Positions 60,301-64,000 of a DNA stretch of 64,000 nt are shown piece after piece (the first letter of the stretch is position 1; the number at the start of each line of letters is the position of its first letter). The stretch spans positions 92,380,001-92,444,000 of the forward strand of contig NW_026262690.1 in the NCBI RefSeq assembly GCF_021869535.1, read 5' to 3'. The position numbers and the translations under genes are program-made. The notes below the pieces were generated by a model, which saw only the letters and a program-made list of their open reading frames with translations, did not search any database and had not been told where the DNA came from. The stretch is from Mytilus californianus (taxonomy: Eukaryota).

Positions 60301-61950
60301 TATGTATAGTAAACAACAAATCCTCCATGCCATTATCAGTGATGGTCAGAAAATGATGAAAGATGGTGAAGTTGAAAACAAGAAAGAATTCCAAAATAAA
60401 CTCCATCTATTGGCTGAGCAGTGGCAGAGTGTGGTCCGAAGAGCCAATCAGAGAAAGTCTATCATAGAGTCCTCCATAAAGCAGTGGAGAGATTTCAATG
60501 ATCTTACAGAGAAGCTTCGTGATTGGTTGGCCAATAAAGAGTATGCAATGACAGCATTTGATGTTGATTCTGTGTCACTGCAAAAAGTCAAGAATATATT
60601 AGAAAAAGCTCAGGTTAGTAAAGAAATAAGGGTAATTTTAATGGATATGTTTTACTGGATTCTGTGAACAGTTACTTTTTGAACAAATTTGTAAGTTACT
60701 TATAAGCACTAAATTTCTCCAATTAATTTTCTCTATAGAAAATTAGGTTTTCTTTAACTATTCAAGACTTTTAGAATGAAAGAAGATTTAGGAAAACATT
60801 TTTTTTTTTTCAAATTTCAATTTTTATTCTATAACAAAATTATTTATGTGTTTATTATTTTAGGTAAAAGCTGAAACTAGGGTTATATTTAAAAATTGCT
60901 CCATGTTAATCTCCTTAAAATGTTTTCTTATTATTTTCCATTCAAACAGAACATGCAAAATGAATTCAAACTGCAGGAAGAATCACTGAAGCAGATAAAG
61001 GAACATTCCAAGCCATTGTTACAGAACGGCAATGATAAAGCCAGGGAACAAATCAGAGTCAGTACGGCACAGTTACAACAACACTGGCACCAACTTAACA
61101 CCAAATTAGATGAACAGTGTAAACATCTGGAAGGAGTGTTAAAACAGTGGCAGGAGTGTGAAGGGGAGATTGAGGACATTCTATCCTGGTTAAAAGACAC
61201 ACGACAAACTCTCACAGCAGAGTTACCTACTGCATATGATCAATTGCAGGCTGAACTCAGTAAATGCAAGGTGCGTTTGAAAGTATTATTAGATTGTATG
61301 AACATGAAGGGTTGAATAGAGAAAAAAATTATGGTAATATTTTTAAAAAATAGTATAAAGAATAAACCTTCGCATTAATTTGTGTAGTCATGAATAAGTT
61401 GAAAATTTTAATGATGTCAAAAGGATAATTATACTATTTTATGTGAATAATGTGTAATGAAAACTATTTAAAAACATGAAAATAAATTTTACATCAGTTA
61501 GATTCAGACTGAGAAAGACTATTTAAGGTCTGCTTTCAAAATAATCTATAGAAGGTTCAAGTTTTGTGCTCTGTATTGAAGGCCTCACTTTGGGAAAATT
61601 TTGTTTGAATTATTTTATATTTTATAAAATTTTAGGACATTGAAGCTGAATTTGCAAACAGTGAACCTAAAAAACAATCTCTGTTGGAAAAAGAACGAAA
61701 GTTAGGGGAGATAATTCAACCAGAAGATTTGAATGTTTTGCACCAGAGGATAAGATTACTCAACAAACAGTGGGATGAACTACGCAATCAGGCACTATTA
61801 CGACAACAGAAAATAACTGACAATATGTGCCGCTGGGGAAGCTTTAGCGATCGTGTCAGGGAAATGCATGACTGGATGGAAAAAATGGAAATCAAGGTCG
61901 TTTCTAGTCAAGAATATCATATTGAGGACTTGTTACGCAAACTGCAGCAG
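9216..61950 (+). CDS. SYNE1: Nesprin-1 / Msp300-like giant spectrin-repeat protein, internal part (43 exons, about 3593 aa; start and KASH end lie outside the window)
   Basis: Exons join in frame with consistent phases and GT-AG boundaries; the translation is a spectrin-repeat rod (W..L...L heptads). The C-proximal segments QQILHAIISDGQKMMKDGEVENKKEFQNKLHLLAEQWQSVVRRANQRK and LHQRIRLLNKQWDEL...EYHIEDLLRKLQQ resemble the nesprin-1 C-terminal rod as I recall it; not aligned. Confidence 0.88.
9550..9778. repeat. Dispersed repeat family, present in inverted orientation at about 16835-17030
   Basis: CCTTGGAGTTCGGTATT and AAGTCAGGAATATGACAGTTG match the reverse complements at about 16850 and 16940; the second copy has a 21-bp unit (TCCTGACTTGGTACAGG.ATT) triplicated. 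Confidence 0.7.
9933..10232 (-). mobile_element. Unclassified 300-bp element between two (TA)n tracts, with an internal tRNA-like module
   Basis: (TA)n at 9913-9932 and 10233-10263; minus-strand A box TGGTCAAGTGG (10059-10069) and B-box-like GTTGGAATCC (10008-10017). Confidence 0.5.
10343..10550 (+). CDS. SYNE1: nesprin exon
   Basis: ctttag|..DSEKKFGDL...KLAKNN|gtaagc. Confidence 0.9.
10669..10874. mobile_element. MITE family A copy
   Basis: Colinear with 15609-15819; ends CTGAATTTACGGTA. Confidence 0.65.
11579..11905 (+). CDS. SYNE1: nesprin exon
   Basis: tcacag|DLRKELEE...VDKCK|gtttgt. Confidence 0.9.
11961..12210. mobile_element. MITE with 34-bp TIRs
   Basis: TGAGCTGCGTCGGATAGAAATCGACCTTATGCAA versus the reverse complement of the right end, one mismatch; TA/ATAT flanks. 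Confidence 0.85.
12812..12932 (+). CDS. SYNE1: nesprin exon
   Basis: tcacag|TLQSEVQAYQ...KHMIS|gtaggt; phase 1. Confidence 0.88.
13015..13218. mobile_element. TA-flanked MITE family B (TACTGTGGATTC)
   Basis: TACTGTGGATT...AATCCACAGTA; abuts the Kolobok-type MITE. Confidence 0.65.
13224..13497. mobile_element. Non-autonomous Kolobok-type MITE, 274 bp (copy 1)
   Basis: TTAA TSD at 13220-13223 and 13498-13501; GGTGGTAC...GTACCACC termini (RR...YY). Confidence 0.75.
13642..13847 (+). CDS. SYNE1: nesprin exon
   Basis: ttacag|(E)VEDRNEG...NKHYK|gtaaat. Confidence 0.9.
14659..14801 (+). CDS. SYNE1: nesprin exon
   Basis: tttcag|NLQNTSQLF...REKYN(R)|gtaata; phase 2. Confidence 0.88.
15352..15541 (+). 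CDS. SYNE1: nesprin exon
   Basis: ttacag|..VAALIKDR...LLEKYE|gtatgt. Confidence 0.9.
15609..15819. mobile_element. MITE family A copy
   Basis: TACTGTAAATTCAGAAATTATTGCG...CGCAATAATTTCTGTATTTACAGTA inverted repeats. Confidence 0.75.
16377..16620 (-). mobile_element. tRNA-derived SINE
   Basis: Minus strand: A box TGGCCGAGTGG, B-box-like GTTTGAATTC, (AATC)n tail; TSD ATATAGGG(C/A)TG at 16366 and 16621. Confidence 0.8.
18710..20509 (-). CDS. Nested intronless TRIM-like protein (599 aa): B-box1, three tandem B-box2 units, NHL-like beta-propeller; no RING, no coiled coil
   Basis: Intact ORF. CQLC...CLQCDLLICEKC...H..H (B-box1-like); 3x C.xH...C..YC..C...IC..C....H.GH (B-box2). C-terminal propeller repeats such as FTYPRCITSTSKGNIFVVD and FTPRGILTLPSDNIIVTD. 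Confidence 0.85.
   Translation of the reverse strand: MAFTTSLQKSQIPIGCQLCESGKKIKWKCLQCDLLICEKCKATIHLRIAIDHKILNINNIGKHEGSNETFTFSDVQCEIHSDQDCCLYCTTCNTLICFKCSAKVHNGHELIEEEDFNKGKEKCKGTVHSRITNDHRILDITGIGKQEGSKETFRFSDVQCEVHFDQVCCLYCTTCNILICFKCSVKVHNGHELIDEEDFKKGKDKCKSTVHSRIANDHRILDITGIGKQERSKETFRFSDVQCEVHFDQACCLYCTTCNTLICFKCSVKVHNGHELKEEEDYNKGKVEITPKQQSKIVFEISEEFTSDTTYLTNIVVLSNGSMWIGDNSKFKLQHVTLRGNSTEVIRSLNFKTDGMAKTHSNNILVTTHDETKLKLINTITGQITDSVYDVKPLYPISIHVTSDHRVIIGAKSSGMLFPAIGSRAVIVLDQEGKQLEEYEHEKHNKRSVTLPKFLTKNKNLFTYPRCITSTSKGNIFVVDRLDDDYRGRVVVLSQGGDILGIYKGLPEINTDNDPFTPRGILTLPSDNIIVTDMDNHLLHILTDQGQIITYYTLQDMGIIYPYSLALSTTRTIYIGCVSDKGCPDTAKAKLYELEYPGI
19652..20398 (-). repeat. Three tandem 249-bp (83-aa) coding repeats in the nested gene
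   Basis: Near-identical DNA at a 249-bp period (compare 19688 with 19937 and 20186); unit runs from EKCK to KGK. Confidence 0.95.
20790..20930 (-). mobile_element. Degenerate 3' end of a non-LTR retrotransposon (CR1/L2/RTE-like ORF2 C-terminus)
   Basis: Minus-strand frame reads AYTNKSSFPRTHTTKNWNSLPTKLLNKYDAEAFKNSLIT*, matching the SFFPRT..WNSLP.....E.FK..L tail of these LINEs; a stop lies just upstream in the same frame. Confidence 0.55.
21156..22308 (+). mobile_element. Helentron-type non-autonomous element (HINE/DINE-1-like)
   Basis: T-rich start; sub-terminal inverted repeat CTCACCTGG (21163-21171) / CCAGGTGAG (22272-22280); 3' hairpin AGGCTC-TTAT-GAGCCT (22287-22302); no TSD. Confidence 0.7.
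21622..21927 (-). mobile_element. Small HINE-type element nested in the previous one, opposite orientation
   Basis: Sub-TIR ATGCCCC (21648-21654) / GGGGCAT (21916-21922); GACA/GAAC microsatellite at about 21826-21885; short terminal palindrome; A/T-rich insertion site. Confidence 0.65.
22395..22700 (+). CDS. SYNE1: nesprin exon
   Basis: ttacag|DISEKIANF...IERFK|gttagt. Confidence 0.9.
23119..23442 (+). CDS. SYNE1: nesprin exon
   Basis: atacag|AITEKFQ...LQKHN|gtaagt. Confidence 0.9.
23815..24212. repeat. Unclassified repeat with a large terminal foldback
   Basis: About 47-bp imperfect inverted repeat spanning 23825-23957, followed by a segment bounded by TAATTCCAC / GTGGAATTA. Confidence 0.5.
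24379..24528 (+). CDS. SYNE1: nesprin exon
   Basis: ttgtag|ALAREALDKI...EDSIK|gtaaat. Confidence 0.88.
24763..24885. repeat. 61-bp tandem duplication
   Basis: CTGTAG.GTAAAAATGTTCAGAGTTATT at 24763 and 24824. Confidence 0.85.
24925..25098 (+). CDS. SYNE1: nesprin exon
   Basis: atacag|EAIAKKD...LSEHR|gtaagt. Confidence 0.9.
25574..25786 (+). CDS. SYNE1: nesprin exon
   Basis: ttttag|DYFSEASM...WQDYK|gtacag. Confidence 0.9.
26118..26234 (+). CDS. SYNE1: nesprin exon
   Basis: ttaaag|DMVFNVTEQL...LAKSK|gtaagg. Confidence 0.85.
26502..27780 (+). mobile_element. HINE-type element with internal array of 161-162-bp monomers
   Basis: Perfect sub-TIR ATACGACCGC (26507-26516) / GCGGTCGTAT (27745-27754); 3' hairpin GCTGCGC-CCCA-GCGGAGC; monomer starts (ATAACTTG) at 26721, 26882, 27043, 27205, 27367. 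Confidence 0.75.
27955..28137 (+). CDS. SYNE1: nesprin exon
   Basis: ttatag|DFLAKVEE...QMTLQ|gtataa. Confidence 0.88.
28900..29043 (+). CDS. SYNE1: nesprin exon
   Basis: ttacag|NLKGTWDEY...LNETK|gtttgt. Confidence 0.88.
29533..29678 (+). CDS. SYNE1: nesprin exon
   Basis: attaag|QICTQIQV...EKLE(R)|gtaaat; phase 2. Confidence 0.82.
30101..30281 (+). CDS. SYNE1: nesprin exon
   Basis: ttgcag|..IQDNANEY...IEKQK|gtgggt. Confidence 0.9.
30542..30850 (+). CDS. SYNE1: nesprin exon
   Basis: tttcag|VLQQEVA...IHNLQ|gtaagt. Confidence 0.9.
31020..31290 (+). mobile_element. Old, degraded copy of the 48632-48987 SINE family
   Basis: Shared blocks AAAATTGCTATTTGC, AAGGAGTAAGGCAAAGACTGG, ATAATGTGT, ACAAAACAGGGTT. 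Confidence 0.55.
31488..31735 (-). mobile_element. tRNA-derived SINE (same family as 16377-16620)
   Basis: Colinear copy with (AATC)n tail; TSD CTTACCAT at 31480-31487 and 31736-31743. Confidence 0.8.
31849..32008. repeat. 32-bp minisatellite, about 5 copies
   Basis: CCTTTTGAATGAGATTTGGTGGGCTAACTTAT starts at 31849, 31881, 31913, 31945, 31977. Confidence 0.95.
33210..33536 (+). CDS. SYNE1: nesprin exon
   Basis: actcag|VLQSEFDD...LKQHR|gtaaga. Confidence 0.9.
34429..34702. mobile_element. Non-autonomous Kolobok-type MITE, 274 bp (copy 2)
   Basis: TTAA TSD at 34425-34428 and 34703-34706; same termini and colinear interior as 13224-13497. Confidence 0.78.
34746..35062. mobile_element. Second Kolobok-type MITE family, 317 bp
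   Basis: TTAA at 34742-34745 and 35063-35066; TIR GGATGTTCG / CGAACATCC. Confidence 0.7.
35584..35889 (+). CDS. SYNE1: nesprin exon
   Basis: tgacag|KLTKDLDH...LAIQE|gtaaga. Confidence 0.9.
36492..36800 (+). CDS. SYNE1: nesprin exon
   Basis: tatcag|KILEDIDSH...IAEHN|gtaagt. Confidence 0.9.
37612..37799. mobile_element. MITE family B copy
   Basis: TACGGTGGATTC...GAATCCACAGTA. Confidence 0.6.
37845..37970 (-). repeat. Abundant short dispersed repeat (AAGAAGATGTGGTATGATTGCCAATGAGACAACT family); other copies at about 9356, 45790, 48128 and 62190
   Basis: The same 35-60-bp core is seen in both orientations at five or more loci. Confidence 0.7.
38374..38970 (+). CDS. SYNE1: nesprin exon with Ser/Arg/Pro-rich low-complexity insert
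   Basis: tttcag|ALAYQIKSY...PFSEM|gtaaat. Confidence 0.87.
39985..40250. repeat. Degenerate minisatellite of about 50 bp, 5-6 copies
   Basis: GCAAAACTTGCCC core at 40001, 40050, 40101, 40151, 40200. Confidence 0.75.
40711..40857 (+). CDS. SYNE1: nesprin exon
   Basis: atccag|EVSASVPN...WNTLQHQ|gtactg. Confidence 0.85.
42774..42938 (+). CDS. SYNE1: nesprin exon
   Basis: caacag|LGAREHEL...LKDYK|gtaagt. Confidence 0.87.
45028..45210 (+). CDS. SYNE1: nesprin exon
   Basis: taacag|ESLIDIES...GKQLQ|gtaaga. Confidence 0.9.
45945..46454 (+). CDS. SYNE1: nesprin exon
   Basis: tcaaag|NAVKDKEK...QSLQQ|gtatgc. Confidence 0.9.
46662..46781 (+). mobile_element. Minimal, internally deleted HINE-type element
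   Basis: TTTTTATGCC start, CTGT/CCGT microsatellite, 3' GTGTC...GACAC palindrome followed by ATTCTT; same ends as the 21622-21927 family. Confidence 0.5.
46989..47195 (+). CDS. SYNE1: nesprin exon
   Basis: ttgtag|QLRSDLSEH...GRGHL|gtaatt. Confidence 0.88.
47535..47807 (+). CDS. SYNE1: nesprin exon
   Basis: ctgtag|EPRSSYSW...LRENE|gttata. Confidence 0.87.
48265..48477 (+). CDS. SYNE1: nesprin exon
   Basis: tttcag|ALQRDIKS...WKEYR|gtaatt. Confidence 0.9.
48632..48987 (+). mobile_element. tRNA-derived SINE with a conserved central domain (possibly Meta- or CORE-type)
   Basis: 14-bp TSD TCTGTATGGTACTG at 48618-48631 and 48988-49001; degenerate tRNA head; central AAATTGGTATTTGCTGCTTCTCCGCTAAGCA; CCAT tail. 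Confidence 0.78.
49165..49266 (+). CDS. SYNE1: nesprin exon
   Basis: ataaag|DEVQSLQRK...VSHMQ|gtatga. Confidence 0.85.
51074..52068 (+). mobile_element. HINE-type element with internal array of about 182-193-bp monomers
   Basis: 5' TTTTTGTCGAGCC plus hairpin TTCGACTTTAGTCGAA; CGTCGG microsatellite; TCACTCTGTGG recurs at 51161, 51353, 51546, 51728; 3' perfect palindrome GGGTTCCGCGGAACCC (52042-52057). Confidence 0.7.
52893..53039 (+). CDS. SYNE1: nesprin exon
   Basis: ttttag|KMEAQLKT...ELQQK|gtaacc. Confidence 0.88.
53218..53388 (+). CDS. SYNE1: nesprin exon
   Basis: tttcag|VMDKKADI...LAAHK|gtatgt. Confidence 0.9.
53754..54226 (+). CDS. SYNE1: nesprin exon
   Basis: ttacag|DFFSDLEV...LELK(R)|gtgagt; phase 2. 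Confidence 0.9.
54447..54609 (+). CDS. SYNE1: nesprin exon
   Basis: cttcag|..TEKLGEQL...NDKLL|gtaagt. Confidence 0.9.
54855..55181 (+). CDS. SYNE1: nesprin exon
   Basis: ttacag|EFRKEVEN...LKKFK|gtaaat. Confidence 0.9.
55634..55975 (+). CDS. SYNE1: nesprin exon
   Basis: ttgcag|DFKIELQN...QKESK|gttcga. Confidence 0.9.
56502..56834 (+). CDS. SYNE1: nesprin exon
   Basis: taatag|MLQQTLKA...VEKLK|gttagt. Confidence 0.9.
57214..57347 (+). CDS. SYNE1: nesprin exon
   Basis: ttacag|GLQSDVNK...DLQS(R)|gtttgt; phase 2. Confidence 0.88.
58070..58262 (+). CDS. SYNE1: nesprin exon
   Basis: ttgaag|..WQSMTGDL...LQESK|gtttgt. Confidence 0.88.
58654..59286 (+). CDS. SYNE1: nesprin exon
   Basis: ttttag|TLQRDLDN...LRKCE|gtaaat. 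Confidence 0.9.
59958..60154. mobile_element. MITE family B copy
   Basis: TACTGTGGATTCATT...AATGAATCCACAGTA with internal CCACGAAA repeats. Confidence 0.75.
60287..60613 (+). CDS. SYNE1: nesprin exon
   Basis: tcacag|KFESDMYSKQQIL...LEKAQ|gttagt. Confidence 0.9.
60950..61270 (+). CDS. SYNE1: nesprin exon
   Basis: aaacag|NMQNEFKL...LSKCK|gtgcgt. Confidence 0.9.
61636..61950 (+). CDS. SYNE1: nesprin exon
   Basis: ttttag|DIEAEFAN...RKLQQ|gtaaaa. Confidence 0.9.
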
Positions 61951-62539
61951 GTAAAATTTCATTTAGTACTATTAAAAATGTGCATATTGATAAAAACCAT
62001 ACATCATTATTTAAGTCACATTTTGATATTATTCATATAATCTGATTTTTTTTAATCATGTGTCGTCTGCTGAATTTCATTTCATTTGGTTGACTCTCAT
62101 TTTGCTTTCTTTTACACTGTACATTATCATTTGCCCTTCTTAGGCATTCTTTATTAATGAAAATCTCTGAAAAAACAAAAAAAAGAAGAAGAAAATGTGG
62201 TGTGATTACCATTGAGACAACTCTCCACCAGCGACCAAATGACGCAGAAGGTTAGCAAGTATAGTTCACTGTACAGCCTTCTAAAGCATTTTTTTTCTTC
62301 AAATTCTTAGTAGTTGGACTTAAATCTTTAACAATAAGAATTTATATCGTCAGTAATGATACATTTTAATTCATTGTATTTTATTTGCTATAAAGAAAGA
62401 GGTAAGGAAGGTGTTATGTCACTAATGCATGTTTTCGTCAATTCTAAAATGATGTCAGAATGTCACGAGCTTTTCCCCTTTTTTCACATTGTCATATTAA
62501 CTTCACTTTATGTTTTAAAATGTCCGTCCCTTTTCATTC

Positions 62540-62910
62540 ACTGCCTTTCACAAATTTATAAGTAGTCAAAGGTCTCAGTTTCAAAATTAACGAATGTAAA
62601 AAAGTCTTAGTCACAAGATTTGCAAACAGTAAAAAGTCTTAGTCACAATTTACAAGTAGTCAGAAGCTGCAGTCACAAATTACAAGTAGAAATCATGTTC
62701 ACAGAATTTACAAACAATTCAAAGTTTTAAACACAAAATTTTATGACGAGGAAAAAATCTTGGTCACAAAATTGTAAAGTCATCAAAAGTCTTAATCTCA
62801 GTAAATTGAAGTTGTCAAAAGTTGCCGTCACAAAATTTTTCAGATGTCAAAATTTTTTAGATGTCAAAAATCTTAAACATTAATTTCAAGAAAAGTCTGA
62901 ATCACAAAAT
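62540..62910. repeat. Degenerate minisatellite of about 30 bp
   Basis: AGTCACAA core at 62609, 62641, 62671 and decayed copies at a similar spacing. Confidence 0.65.
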
Positions 62911-64000
62911 CTGTGATATTATTCTGTATAAGTCCATCATTTAGTTTGATCTGTTGATAATTCCTCATACAGATAATATAACAATGAAAGTTTATTTTAC
63001 AATATTGTAAGAAACAGAAATCTTTTGAAAGAACTAATCCATTACTACCTGTATTTAGAATACTTTGGAGAACAGTAATGGTTTATATGTTTCAAAAATT
63101 GTTGGTTTACTTGTAAATGCACAGTTCTCTCCATAACACTGGATTAACAAATGATTTTTATGATAAATATAATTGTAAAGTATCTCATCGATAGATTAAA
63201 GAATTCCATTTAAATGAATTATGGATCTGCACTCATTCATAGCATACCTGTAGTCACCTGTATCATTTTATCATTGAATAACCTCAAAAGGTCAAAAGGT
63301 ACTGTATTTACAAATACTATATAGTATATATTTTGTTATACCAGAGAGTTAAAGATGCACATTCAGTCAACACTGATAAAATGGTGAAAATTTGGTTTTG
63401 GTGGTGTTAAATGAATAACAGATATTGTAATAAAATATTAGAAACTACTTTTAGAATCAAACTGGAATATATTGCATTTGTGTCATAGAAAGGTTTATTG
63501 GGTTAACATTGTTCTAATTTATCATAGTAATTAGAAATTTAGTAAAATTATGAAGAATTTGTTGTAAACATATTTTCTTACAACAAATCAAGTCTATTCA
63601 GAAAGTATATCTGTTGACAAACTTGATCTATTGACCAGTTATATTGGAGTAAGATATTTTTCTTAATCCAAACCAGGATACTCTTTACTGTACATAAAAA
63701 ATTGTATCCAATTCCTTGTAATAGATTATACATGTAATAACAATTTGTAGAATTTAAATAAGGTATAATTAATTTGGTTATAATATTATAGATTTAACAG
63801 GGTTTTGGTGATTATTTCTTGCCAAATATTTAAACCAAATATGGCAAGTGTATGACTTCTTTCCATATTCATGATTGGACTATAATATTGGATCCAATAA
63901 AATGCTATATACTCACAGATTTGAATCACACATTTATGAATAAATCATGGAACCGAGTGAGCTATAAATCTCAATTTGATTAATGTAAATTGTTAGTCAC

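Noticed and set aside
1-64000. Prokaryotic or viral systems, rRNA genes, full-length LTR or LINE retrotransposons
   Set aside because: No operon-like ORF clusters, rRNA-like sequence or reverse transcriptase ORF were seen.

Overview
AT-rich, intron-rich animal DNA. The repeat families suggest a bivalve mollusc, probably a mussel (inference). The + strand carries an internal segment of a giant spectrin-repeat gene, nesprin-1 (SYNE1/Msp300-like). I traced 43 GT-AG exons from 9216 to 61950; they join in one open frame of 10,779 nt (about 3,593 aa), and the gene continues beyond both window edges. Two antisense protein-coding units lie in its introns. (1) A complete 6.3-kb Academ (AcademX-type) DNA transposon at 1634-7933, with TAG...CTA termini, a CAC target-site duplication (TSD) and an intact 1472-aa transposase/XPG-nuclease/Cys8 ORF. 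(2) An intronless 599-aa B-box/NHL-like (TRIM-like) gene at 18710-20509, with a recent 3 x 249-bp internal amplification, no coiled coil, an upstream LINE 3' remnant and a downstream poly(A) tract. The introns also hold several Helentron-type non-autonomous elements with internal satellite-like arrays, tRNA-derived SINEs with TSDs, TTAA (Kolobok-type) and TA MITEs, and minisatellites. Nesprin isoform signals include a candidate alternative last exon, a roughly 200-aa disordered insert surrounded by TGCATG motifs, and a possible internal promoter. All coordinates were read by hand, and no database searches were run.
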